From a virus: a DNA stretch of 57,146 bases. This document shows positions 24,387-33,330 of the stretch, one piece after another. Within the stretch, counting starts at the first letter, position 1, and each line of letters begins with the position of its first letter. The stretch is taken from positions 1 through 57,146 of IMG/VR virus record IMGVR_UViG_3300045973_000302; one strand, 5' to 3'. The position numbers and the translations under genes are program-made. Below the pieces are notes generated by a model that saw nothing but the letters and a program-made list of their open reading frames with translations, made no database searches and was not told where the DNA came from.

Positions 24387-24947
24387 TTGATCATGGGCTG
24401 GACATTCACACACGTTGAAAAAGGTGCAAGCGTTTCTGAGTTCTTTGCTAACCAGTTCAACTACACCCGTGAAGATGGTTCTTATGGTAAAGTTCTTCTT
24501 TGCAAGTCAACTCCCCATGAGGCTTACATTGCCTACGAAAGAAAATTGGTTGGGCAAGAGCCAGAAGTTACTGCTATCGTCTGTCTGATCCACCGTGTTA
24601 AAGCCCACTTCAATTTTGGTTACAAGGACATGGATGAAACCATGCAACCTTACTACTACAATTGCCCAAAAGAAGTTCTGGCTCTACTGACTCCTACCAC
24701 GAATATGAATGCTCAAGTGTGGCGCAATGAATGTGCTAACAATAATGCACAAAAAGTATTAACCAAAGCTCTCAAAAAGGGTGATGTAGTTGAGTTCGAC
24801 ACTCCGTTCAACTTCAAAGGGTATGGTAAAGCTGCAATTTTCACCGTCCTTGACATTAAGAAAAGCCACTACTATGCTCAATCACTTGGTATCACTGTCA
24901 AGCTTACCAAGTCTTCTGTAGCTAACCGTTCATTTGTAGTTCTGTAG
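24387..24947 (+). CDS. hypothetical protein
   Basis: promoter and SD upstream. Confidence 0.6.
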   Translation: MIMGWTFTHVEKGASVSEFFANQFNYTREDGSYGKVLLCKSTPHEAYIAYERKLVGQEPEVTAIVCLIHRVKAHFNFGYKDMDETMQPYYYNCPKEVLALLTPTTNMNAQVWRNECANNNAQKVLTKALKKGDVVEFDTPFNFKGYGKAAIFTVLDIKKSHYYAQSLGITVKLTKSSVANRSFVVL

Positions 24948-24972
24948 CCACCAACTAACAAAGGAGATTGCC

Positions 24973-25251
24973 ATGTCAGAAGTTAATCAAGAAGAGATTG
25001 TTGTCCCTGATACGATCTGTGGTATTGCTGCAATGGCTGAAAAAGATTGGCGTAAACAGGGTAAAGGTGTTAATTATGGAGCAAGACCATACCTTGATGC
25101 GATGTTTGCTCTAAATACAGTCAAAGATTCGTATGGGTGTGATTCTGGGTACAGTGTTGTTGCTTACTTCTTGAGTAATGCAACCTCATGGAAAGGCCCA
25201 GTTGCCAAAGCTTGCAAGGCTAAACTGAACAAGATGCTCAAGGGGAAATGA
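24973..25251 (+). CDS. hypothetical protein
   Basis: SD AAAGGAG; overlaps next start. Confidence 0.6.
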   Translation: MSEVNQEEIVVPDTICGIAAMAEKDWRKQGKGVNYGARPYLDAMFALNTVKDSYGCDSGYSVVAYFLSNATSWKGPVAKACKAKLNKMLKGK

Positions 25252-25751
25252 TGAGTCAATTTGAAAAATATCTTTTGGTAGAAGCAATAACTCCAATACA
25301 AACTAATTATGGGTTGAATCCCACTCTTGATGATAAAGAGTGGGATGCTCATGGAAATATGTCAAGAACATATTTTGAATATACTGGTAGAATATTTGCA
25401 GTTGATATATCATCAGATGGTGACGTATCATTCGGGACAGCAAAATATACTGATGTCGATACAACAAAGCTTCAAGACCCTAGATATACTAGAACTTTAT
25501 TCACTACTCTTTCAATGGGAGTTGGTATTAATTCTTCTAGTATATTCAATAGAGTTTTCTATGTATTGCTTGAAGGGTTAAAAACAAAACAACCAAAGAT
25601 TCTAAAATTTTCCGCTTCATTAGAAAATCCAAAGCTTACCAAATTTTATGATTTTCTAATATCAAATTCAAACTTTAAAGATGAGTTGAGCAAAAATGGG
25701 TATAAAGTATATGGCAAAGTTCATAACGATTACATAATACAAAGGATCTAA
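25248..25751 (+). CDS. hypothetical protein with N-terminal capsid-targeting-like motif; paralog of the 19830 ORF
   Basis: MMSQFEKYLLVEAITPIQTNYG. Confidence 0.65.
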   Translation: MMSQFEKYLLVEAITPIQTNYGLNPTLDDKEWDAHGNMSRTYFEYTGRIFAVDISSDGDVSFGTAKYTDVDTTKLQDPRYTRTLFTTLSMGVGINSSSIFNRVFYVLLEGLKTKQPKILKFSASLENPKLTKFYDFLISNSNFKDELSKNGYKVYGKVHNDYIIQRI

Positions 25752-25752
25752 T

Positions 25753-26082
25753 ATGTATGATTACTTTACCCAAGCAAAAGCACAGACTACTTCTGAACAT
25801 ACTTTAGAGGATTTAAAAGATTCTACATTGATAGATAAAGAAGTCAATGAAGTTTTTTGTAATGTATTCGGAAGTTATAATATGTCTGATAACTTAGAAG
25901 ATATTTACAGGGATCATCATTCTCATTTTTTTGTGGACGATAAGTTATTTTTAATGTTGGAGATTGAAAAAAGATTTGAAAATTTTGGGGTTGAGTTGAA
26001 TGAGGAACACTTTAACACGATGATAACTGTTCAAGATGTTTTTGATGAAGTTAAAAAGCAAATAAAGGCTAAACATGAATAG
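25753..26082 (+). CDS. hypothetical acidic protein
   Basis: ORF. Confidence 0.55.
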   Translation: MYDYFTQAKAQTTSEHTLEDLKDSTLIDKEVNEVFCNVFGSYNMSDNLEDIYRDHHSHFFVDDKLFLMLEIEKRFENFGVELNEEHFNTMITVQDVFDEVKKQIKAKHE

Positions 26083-26347
26083 AGTAGTTGCTGCAGCAGT
26101 CAAGACAGAGGATGGGGTGATTCATTTCATCCCATCCCCTCATAGACACCACCATGTTGTACATGCCTTGCATCATTCCATGAGCAAGAGTGATAGCGTT
26201 ATCATTCAAGCACGTGGGGAGCAAGGTTTTGTCATTAGTGATGGCACGTTTGCAAATCGGATAGAAGCTGCTAAAATAGCTCTTGATGCTGGGCAATTGC
26301 TGCTCCTATCCCACCCACCAAACCTCTATAGTGAGGATTTGTGGTAA
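26075..26347 (+). CDS. hypothetical protein
   Basis: overlaps upstream ORF. Confidence 0.55.
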   Translation: MNRVVAAAVKTEDGVIHFIPSPHRHHHVVHALHHSMSKSDSVIIQARGEQGFVISDGTFANRIEAAKIALDAGQLLLLSHPPNLYSEDLW

Positions 26348-26354
26348 TTATTTT

Positions 26355-26368
26355 TATAAATACTATAA
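26355..26368 (+). promoter_or_regulatory. T4-late-promoter-like motif
   Basis: TATAAATACTATAA about 45-60 nt before the 26414 ORF. Confidence 0.55.
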
Positions 26369-26413
26369 AGTTTCACTAAATTAATATTTCACAAGCAATA
26401 GAAGGAGAAAAGA

Positions 26414-26749
26414 ATGGCATTTAAAATTATCAATGGTTCACTGACATTCGTTGAAGATGTTGAAGCCCCTGTTGTTCAAGAGGAACTTCAAACATTGTTG
26501 GCCCAAGTAACTGACGAGAATTTGCACCCAGTAGTTTTTGATGGGGAACCAGTAGGGATTGAAGCATTTGCTGAAGCTCCTGTTGAGGCATCTGAGCCAG
26601 TTTCCGAAGAAGTTGAAGTACCAGTTGAGGAAGTTGTTGAAACTGCCCCAGAAGAGATCTCAGAGGATCTGAGTATCATTCCTTCAGTGAATGAAGCACC
26701 AATCCCAGTGAAAAGCACCAGCTTCATTGGTAAGATGTTCAAAAAATAA
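26414..26749 (+). CDS. hypothetical Glu/Pro/Val-rich protein
   Basis: late-promoter-like TATAAATA and SD AAGGAGA upstream. Confidence 0.6.
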   Translation: MAFKIINGSLTFVEDVEAPVVQEELQTLLAQVTDENLHPVVFDGEPVGIEAFAEAPVEASEPVSEEVEVPVEEVVETAPEEISEDLSIIPSVNEAPIPVKSTSFIGKMFKK

Positions 26750-26758
26750 GTTTTTCAG

Positions 26759-26793
26759 AAGTGGGTACCTAATGAACGATCAGGTACCCACTT
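26759..26793 (+). terminator. stable hairpin, possible terminator or processing site
   Basis: AAGTGGGTACCT..AGGTACCCACTT, no T-run. Confidence 0.45.
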
Positions 26794-26908
26794 ACTAAAC
26801 CACAACCTCTACCTATCACTCAAATCCAACAAAAACGAGTGAAATACAATTAAAAGGAGAACTGCCCACGACAAACTGCAGCTTGGGTACTGCACATAAG
26901 GAGTTATT

Positions 26909-27436
26909 ATGCTTAAGACATTTAGTATCACATTTTTAACACTAGCAACATTCCAAATATTTACCTCTGTTAACGAATTTCATCACGATCTACCTACCCC
27001 TGTACAAATAAAAGAGGATAGCAAGCTAACTGAAACTAGACATGCTCTACGACTACTAGGGCAAGATCTAAAATACGTTGATCCTGTATATCATTCAGCT
27101 CTTGCAAACGACATTGACCCTGTTCTCTGGGCATGTAATGTTCGCACTGAATCCCAATACAAGATCAATGCTGTTAGTCCAATGGGTTACAAAGGATTGG
27201 CTCAAACTCGCAAAGCAGTCATGAAAACTGGGTACGAGGTAGGGGATCTTACCTATGGTTCCTGTGAACTTAGAGATAAGTTGAGGATTGCCAAAGGTGA
27301 TATGGTAAAAGCGTTGACTTTCTATAAGGGAAGTGCAACTCTTTATGACAAGCAAGGTAACAAAACAAAAGGACATCAACAAGCATTAGAAGTTCTTGAA
27401 CTCTATGCCAAAATTAAAGAACAAATGAAAGGATAA
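26909..27436 (+). CDS. lytic transglycosylase (SLT)-like protein with N-terminal hydrophobic segment
   Basis: VRTESQYKINAVSPMGYKGLAQ. Confidence 0.7.
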   Translation: MLKTFSITFLTLATFQIFTSVNEFHHDLPTPVQIKEDSKLTETRHALRLLGQDLKYVDPVYHSALANDIDPVLWACNVRTESQYKINAVSPMGYKGLAQTRKAVMKTGYEVGDLTYGSCELRDKLRIAKGDMVKALTFYKGSATLYDKQGNKTKGHQQALEVLELYAKIKEQMKG

Positions 27437-27440
27437 CATT

Positions 27441-27764
27441 ATGCAAGAAGGGCATCATGATATAGTACCACCACCAACCCCACCTAAATGTAGAAGTTCT
27501 CATGAAACTGGGCTTGGTATTTCATATGTGGATCAAGAGGATAAGAATGTCACTATGAAGAACCGTAGTGTGTTTGTAGAGGGATTCAAAAAAGCATGGG
27601 ATACCTTTCATAGGTACTTCGTGTACATCCTAATCGCAGTCCTTCTAGGGATCTACATAGGGATAACTGCATCAAGGATATACTATGCCGACAAGATCAA
27701 AGAGAACATCGATGTTGGCGGGATGGTCTATAAAGGGAAGATCTACAACATCACACCAAAATAA
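27441..27764 (+). CDS. membrane protein
   Basis: YFVYILIAVLLGIYIGITASRIYY. Confidence 0.6.
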   Translation: MQEGHHDIVPPPTPPKCRSSHETGLGISYVDQEDKNVTMKNRSVFVEGFKKAWDTFHRYFVYILIAVLLGIYIGITASRIYYADKIKENIDVGGMVYKGKIYNITPK

Positions 27765-27790
27765 TGTCAAACATTGACATAGGCGATTAA

Positions 27791-27831
27791 AGAAAACCCA
27801 CGTTCCTTGTATAAAGGTTCGTGGGTTTTCT
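27791..27831. terminator. terminator hairpin
   Basis: AGAAAACCCACG..CGTGGGTTTTCT. Confidence 0.8.
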
Positions 27832-28047
27832 CAACTGCCCAATATGCTGAATCTTTGTCATTCTCTGTTGCCCCAAACATGATAGCTATTGGAGTCTTAG
27901 TTGTCAGTGCGTACATTTGCGCTAGGGTATAATAAGGAAATTTCATTGGTTGTTCAATTCCTTTGCAAAATTAATTTATAGTTATTTATGTAAATCCAAA
28001 AATAAAATTGATAAATAAAGATAAACTAAACTTAGGAGTGTTTTTAT

Positions 28048-29640
28048 ATGGAAATCAGAAGTTTTATAAAGTTCTTGATAACAGAAAAGAATGTAAAGAA
28101 TGAGAAAAATGAAATTTCTATTCTTGAACCACCTCTCGTCACAGACAAAGATGGTACCACATATTCCAATGGTAGAGCACTTCACCCTAATGTTAGTAGT
28201 GCGTTAAATCATAATGGAAAAATGATGTTCTATGCTTTCGATTTGACCAACAAATGCAATCGGGGATGCCCAGGCTGCTATGTTGATCGTGCTAAAGAAA
28301 TATCATGCAATGCTGTTAAGGATATCCCAATCAAAGAATATAAAGGTGATCTCAACAAGTGGGAAGCTCTAGCCAAAGATCCTAAGTATGTCAAAAGCAA
28401 CCCAGGATACCCAGCTGCCCTTGAGGATGCAAAACGTCAGACCAACGCTAATGGTGGGATCAGAATGTTCTCAGCTGCTGACTACCCAAATGCTTCTGAC
28501 CCTGAGTACATCAAGTACATGTCAGATGCTGGTATCACTGACAAAGACTTCTTCAAACACCAAGTAGATGCTTTCATGCATGATGCTAAAGTCAATGGCT
28601 GGCATGTAAAAGCTATCACCAAAGAATTGAACTTCCTCAAAGATCATATCCACCATGATGCCCTCAAGGGTGTTGACGTTTCCATGAATGCCCAAGGGTT
28701 CGGTGAATCCCATGAGTCAGTCAAGGCAATGAAAAAAGGTGAGCATGAAAAGTTCACCCCAGAAGAAAATGCCAAACTCAAGAAGCACACCAAGAAGATC
28801 ATTGGTAGAACTGTTACCCATACCCCATTTGATCTACTCAAGATCCTTGAGCACAAAGATGATCACAAGCATATTGGTGTTATCACTTCTGCCCATGATA
28901 TCCCAGGTAATGGTATTCGTTACGTTCCATCAAAACCTAAAGAGCCATTCTCTCCTAAGACAATCATCATACAGGTTAACTTCCCTGACAAATTAATGCA
29001 TGTTCTTAATGGAGTTGGTAAAGCTTCTGTGTCAGAAACTACCGCTTCATTGAACGAGTATGTTGCTAAGTATAACAAAATTCGTGACAAAGTTAAAGCT
29101 GGCCTTGACGCTGGGCATCTTGAAATCTCAGCTATCAAATATCAAATCCCTACTGAAGTTCAAGAAGCAAAGAAACCACTTCCAGTAGAAGATGATGTAG
29201 AACTTGATACCAGTGTTGCCCAAGATGAACCAGAGACTGATGATCAAGAGGGTGGGGATGAAGTAGGAGCTAAACTAAATCCACAACAAGTTGTTACCCT
29301 TGATCGTAAGAATGGTGTATGGTACCAAACTGTATCATATAGAAACCATGAGAAGAAATCAGCTAAATCAAAAGCTAATCTTATCCCTGATATTGAAAAC
29401 CAATTCGATATCATTAACCCAAAGTATACCCAGACATTCACTGAACAGGATGCCAAGTTTCTCCTTGGGAAGATGAAAGGGAAAATGTGTTGTGCTGGAG
29501 ATATCAGAGGCAAAGAAGCTAAAGGCAAATGCAACAACTGCAATGCAAAGTGTGGGGTCGCTGGCTGTGGTTCCAATGTTGATGAGCCTAAAGGTAAGAA
29601 ACAAAAGGTAGAGGAAAGTAAGTTTATCGATCTACTTTAA
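28048..29640 (+). CDS. radical-SAM-like protein with C-terminal Cys cluster and N-terminal capsid-targeting-like motif
   Basis: MEIRSFIKFLITEKN; FDLTNKCNRGCPGCYVDRAK (CxxxCxxC); CCAGDIRGKEAKGKCNNCNAKCGVAGCG. Confidence 0.75.
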   Translation: MEIRSFIKFLITEKNVKNEKNEISILEPPLVTDKDGTTYSNGRALHPNVSSALNHNGKMMFYAFDLTNKCNRGCPGCYVDRAKEISCNAVKDIPIKEYKGDLNKWEALAKDPKYVKSNPGYPAALEDAKRQTNANGGIRMFSAADYPNASDPEYIKYMSDAGITDKDFFKHQVDAFMHDAKVNGWHVKAITKELNFLKDHIHHDALKGVDVSMNAQGFGESHESVKAMKKGEHEKFTPEENAKLKKHTKKIIGRTVTHTPFDLLKILEHKDDHKHIGVITSAHDIPGNGIRYVPSKPKEPFSPKTIIIQVNFPDKLMHVLNGVGKASVSETTASLNEYVAKYNKIRDKVKAGLDAGHLEISAIKYQIPTEVQEAKKPLPVEDDVELDTSVAQDEPETDDQEGGDEVGAKLNPQQVVTLDRKNGVWYQTVSYRNHEKKSAKSKANLIPDIENQFDIINPKYTQTFTEQDAKFLLGKMKGKMCCAGDIRGKEAKGKCNNCNAKCGVAGCGSNVDEPKGKKQKVEESKFIDLL

Positions 29641-29664
29641 CCTGTAAGAATTAAATAGACAATG

Positions 29665-29708
29665 AAATCCCCTTCATGGTATTGTCAATCATGAAGGGGA
29701 TTTTTTTA
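29665..29708 (+). terminator. terminator overlapping a sigma70-like promoter
   Basis: AAATCCCCTTCATG..CATGAAGGGGATTTTTTT. Confidence 0.8.
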
Positions 29709-29719
29709 AGGAGAAGCAT

Positions 29720-30292
29720 ATGTCACACATTACCAAAACAATAGAAATATTAAATGAAGAACCTTGGTATAAAAAAGAAGGGTTAAATGTGTCCAACCCT
29801 GTGACTTCTATATCATTGGAACATTTGAAAAGTGCATGGAAGTTAGTGAAAGAATTTGACCAACTCATTGCTATGTACCAACGAGTAGATGGGTTGGGAT
29901 TTATAGTAGGGGCAAGAGAAGAGAGATTTAACATATTCACTTCTTTAAACTGTACCAAGCCTAGAGAAGGAACACCAAAATATAAAAATTCAGTTCAAGT
30001 TGCTATGGTATATGCAAATGAAGGGTGGAAAGACTCAGGGTACACTAAGTTAATGTATACAGAAGCTGCAAAGGTATGTATCTTAATATCAGACTCAACG
30101 CAATATGGTAGATCCAAAGATCTATGGAAATCATTAGCCAGAGATCCACATATCAATGTTTATATCTATGATGGGATGAATAAATCAATAACCCTCTATG
30201 ATTCTAATAACATTAATGAAAATGAGATCTGGGGTACTGAGGGTAAACATGTTTCAAGATTACTTGTTGGGACTGATAAAGTTTTAAATTGA
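29720..30292 (+). CDS. hypothetical protein
   Basis: SD AAGGAG. Confidence 0.6.
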   Translation: MSHITKTIEILNEEPWYKKEGLNVSNPVTSISLEHLKSAWKLVKEFDQLIAMYQRVDGLGFIVGAREERFNIFTSLNCTKPREGTPKYKNSVQVAMVYANEGWKDSGYTKLMYTEAAKVCILISDSTQYGRSKDLWKSLARDPHINVYIYDGMNKSITLYDSNNINENEIWGTEGKHVSRLLVGTDKVLN

Positions 30293-30317
30293 CCCATAAC
30301 CCCCTTTGTGATAGATT
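30289..30317 (+). promoter_or_regulatory. sigma70-like promoter
   Basis: TTTAAATTGACC-N17-TAGATT; CCTTTGT/ACAAAGG. Confidence 0.6.
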
Positions 30318-30634
30318 GAAGTTACATTCTATTACAAAGGAGATTTTTTATGTCATTTTGTCCAACTTGTGGAAGTAGTCAAGGACTGTAGTGTATCACA
30401 ATACTATTTATAAAGGGGATTAAAATGTCAGAAGAATCTAGGTATGAATGGTGTTGGTTAGCATTTGCTAAACATCTTATTCATTGGAAATATTCATCTG
30501 ATTATAGATGGGCAGCAAATGTGGCTAATCGTTGTGAAGTGTATAAGAAACTAATTATATGTAGTGAGTAGAACTAAACAGATAAGGAGATTAGACCATG
30601 TTCGAAATATTATTCCTAATAGGGTTTACTGTCA

Positions 30635-31060
30635 TTGTTGGGATATGTGCTATCTGGGCATTTGAAGATCTTTCAAGTGATAGGAGAATTACCAATCGTA
30701 AGCAATAGCATTCTTAAAAAAGCAATTGAAGAAGCTGAGAAGAGTACATACAAACAACATAGAGTTGGGTGTGTGATCTTCAAAGGGCGTAAGATCCATT
30801 CTGTGGCATTCAATTCTGTCAGGGGTAACCAGATAGAGTCTAGGTTCAAAAACTTCACTGAGAGCCTTCACGCTGAAGCTCATGCCCTATTCAAATGCAA
30901 CTTCAGCCTTAGAGGGTACTCAATTCTGGTTGTCCGTATAAATAAACACGGTGAGCTGAGAAATGCCAAGCCTTGTACATTCTGCATGGACTACATAACT
31001 TTCAAAGAAATCAAACATATCTACTACTCTGATGTTGATGGTATTTTTAAATTGACTTGA
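30635..31060 (+). CDS. cytidine/dCMP deaminase-like zinc-binding protein (start uncertain)
   Basis: LHAEAHAL..PCTFCMDYI. Confidence 0.7.
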   Translation: MLGYVLSGHLKIFQVIGELPIVSNSILKKAIEEAEKSTYKQHRVGCVIFKGRKIHSVAFNSVRGNQIESRFKNFTESLHAEAHALFKCNFSLRGYSILVVRINKHGELRNAKPCTFCMDYITFKEIKHIYYSDVDGIFKLT

Positions 31061-31080
31061 AACTAATCTCAGGTTATAGT
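31052..31080 (+). promoter_or_regulatory. sigma70-like promoter
   Basis: TTTAAATTGACT-N17-TATAGT. Confidence 0.7.
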
Positions 31081-31279
31081 CTGATTATACTTCACAACAA
31101 AGGAGATTGATATGTTCTGTTCACATTGCGGTGCTCCATATGCAAGGAAAATGGGAGAGATTAATCTAAATATAATTCCTACAAAAAATGAAACATATGA
31201 AATGGTTACTTTAGTTGAATTTGAATGTATAGAATGTAATAAATATTCATATGTTAACCACCCATATTAATGAGGGAAT

Positions 31280-31462
31280 ATGATTACCAACATTAAGTTT
31301 GTTACAGCGGCAAATACCAATTTCCCTCACAAAGATCTTGAAAATTTAAGAATGCGTATTCTTGCTAACTTTGATGCTGGATTCAAATTGCATGGGGCTT
31401 TGGTTTGTAATGACGAAGTATATATTCAAACAATGACTTTCGATATTGAGGATAACAGGTAA
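31280..31462 (+). CDS. hypothetical small protein
   Basis: ORF. Confidence 0.45.
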   Translation: MITNIKFVTAANTNFPHKDLENLRMRILANFDAGFKLHGALVCNDEVYIQTMTFDIEDNR

Positions 31463-31549
31463 TGATTCAACTCCAAGATAAATACATTAAAAAACTGGCT
31501 AAAGACGATATCAAACGATTCAAAAAGAATGCCTTAAAGGAGAAGAAAA

Positions 31550-31732
31550 GTGAAAACGTACCTAGTGATAGTAAACAGCGAAACCAATAACATCTTCTCC
31601 AAGGTTCGCCAGCATACACCAAAGACTTTCAACCAGCTGAAAGCTTATCTGGCTGAGTTGACTGAAATGTTTGATTGTGAGTTCAAAGTGAAAAGATGTA
31701 TCCCTACCAAAGCAGGGCTTAAATTCATTTAA
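31550..31732 (+). CDS. hypothetical small protein
   Basis: ORF. Confidence 0.45.
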   Translation: MKTYLVIVNSETNNIFSKVRQHTPKTFNQLKAYLAELTEMFDCEFKVKRCIPTKAGLKFI

Positions 31733-31746
31733 AGGAAGAGAGAACA

Positions 31747-31920
31747 ATGGAAGCAGCAGATTCACAAGCACAACAACTCCCTTGTGGTTGCAGTACAGAA
31801 TTCATCAACAACAAATTCATAAATATCCTGTGTGATGAACATGAGTTTGAGTATCAGGGGATGAAGTCTAACCCCAGCCAGTACCGTAGAACCAAAATGA
31901 AAGACTACAGGGAGAATTGA
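31747..31920 (+). CDS. small hypothetical protein (57 aa) not in the supplied track
   Basis: MEAADSQAQQLPCGCSTEFINNKFINILCDEHEFEYQGMKSNPSQYRRTKMKDYREN. Confidence 0.45.
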   Translation: MEAADSQAQQLPCGCSTEFINNKFINILCDEHEFEYQGMKSNPSQYRRTKMKDYREN

Positions 31921-32291
31921 TGGTATCTGCGAACATAGCGTATGCTAAAAAGAATGGGGTCGTTAAATCAGTACACGTAGATAGTGACGGTGAAATTGAT
32001 GCCCTTGGTGTGGAACTAATTGAATACTTCAGTGAGCTATCAAATGTTAAGTCATTGGTAGTTAGCTCCATTTCTACTATCAGTGACGGTGATGTTGAAT
32101 ACCTTGATGATATCGATGGTCTTACAGAAGAACAACTTGACTTCATTGAATATGAAGACGAGCAAGATTATATCGATGATATGAATCCCTCGTTGTACTA
32201 TTACCTCTATAAAAACCTCAACTGGACGGTCTGTAAGCCCAACCAATCTGAGTTCAAAGATCTTGAAACAATTCTCAACGAAGAGTTCTAA
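31917..32291 (+). CDS. hypothetical acidic protein
   Basis: ORF. Confidence 0.55.
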   Translation: MMVSANIAYAKKNGVVKSVHVDSDGEIDALGVELIEYFSELSNVKSLVVSSISTISDGDVEYLDDIDGLTEEQLDFIEYEDEQDYIDDMNPSLYYYLYKNLNWTVCKPNQSEFKDLETILNEEF

Positions 32292-32373
32292 TCTTGGAAT
32301 CTATTAATATTTGATTTTGCACAATCCTTGTGTTATGATCAAAAAACTAACTTAACAAACGAAAGGAATTTCA

Positions 32374-33045
32374 ATGTCAGATTTCACCCCTGATGAAAAA
32401 GTAGTAAAAATTATGGCTAACTTCGCTGGTATCAACCCCTCAATGTTGATTGAACCAGAGCGGCTGGCTGTAATAAGTAACGCAAAATCGGTTGTAGCCA
32501 ACTATAAGTTCCCAACACCATACACATTCGAACCATTCGGATTGTATGATTCATCGGATGCCCTTAACATTATCAATGCTCTAACCAAACCTGAGATTGA
32601 AGTTAAGGACAAGTTCATTAACATCATTGGGGCCAACAACGACAAAGTGAAGTACTACACCACGGCTACTGACCTTGTTCCCAAAGTCCCTGACGTTGAA
32701 GCTAAGTTCGCCAAAGTCGATTGCCTACTGGAGTTCCAGCTAACGGCTGACAAACTTGCGGTTATCCAAAAAATGATTGGAATCCTAAAGTCAAAGTACC
32801 TGTTCCTTGAAACAGAAGGTAAACAGATCCGCTTGACAATCGGTGATGAACTTGAATCATCAGGGAACAACTATGACCTTGTTGTTGTCGATGGCATCAC
32901 CACCAACAACCTTGATGCCCCAATCAAAGTAGCATTGGTAGACTTCAAAATCTTGCCTGGGGAATACAATATCAAGATCAACAAAAAGATCACCAAATGG
33001 GAAAACCTCAATGGTGTGATCTACTACATCACAACTGCAGCATAA
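32374..33045 (+). CDS. 45: sliding clamp (T4 gp45-like)
   Basis: size, composition and synteny with clamp-loader genes; FEPFGLYDSSDALNIINAL. Confidence 0.75.
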   Translation: MSDFTPDEKVVKIMANFAGINPSMLIEPERLAVISNAKSVVANYKFPTPYTFEPFGLYDSSDALNIINALTKPEIEVKDKFINIIGANNDKVKYYTTATDLVPKVPDVEAKFAKVDCLLEFQLTADKLAVIQKMIGILKSKYLFLETEGKQIRLTIGDELESSGNNYDLVVVDGITTNNLDAPIKVALVDFKILPGEYNIKINKKITKWENLNGVIYYITTAA

Positions 33046-33052
33046 GGTGCCA

Positions 33053-33184
33053 ATGTTCCAGAACAAAGTTGTTATATGTACCAAGTGCAAAGAAGAGTAT
33101 AACATATTTGTGCTTGATAATGTTCCAGTAACCCAATTTGTTTGCCCTCATTGTGGGGCAAAGTATGAATATAACAAAGTTTGA
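33053..33184 (+). CDS. small zinc-ribbon protein (43 aa) not in the supplied track
   Basis: MFQNKVVICTKCKEEYNIFVLDNVPVTQFVCPHCGAKYEYNKV. Confidence 0.55.
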   Translation: MFQNKVVICTKCKEEYNIFVLDNVPVTQFVCPHCGAKYEYNKV

Positions 33185-33312
33185 GTACCATCCCCCAAGA
33201 ACAGGGAACTGACGAGCTTAGATAAAAGGATAGTACAAAGTAGCTAGTCGAAACGGAAATCCTCAATAAGAAAAAGACTCTCAGCGTGTTGGCATAAGGG
33301 ATGGTACTCAAA
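33180..33312 (+). ncRNA. structured RNA with 15-bp perfect closing stem between clamp and clamp-loader genes
   Basis: TTTGAGTACCATCCC (33180-33194) / GGGATGGTACTCAAA (33298-33312). Confidence 0.65.
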
Positions 33313-33330
33313 ATTTAAAGGAATTAATGA

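Noticed and set aside
33205-33260. CTGACGA ... CGAAAC pattern inside the 33180 RNA, similar to a hammerhead ribozyme core
   Set aside because: Stem II/III partners and an NUH cleavage site do not line up; GACGAGCT/AGCTAGTC pairs across the supposed core instead.
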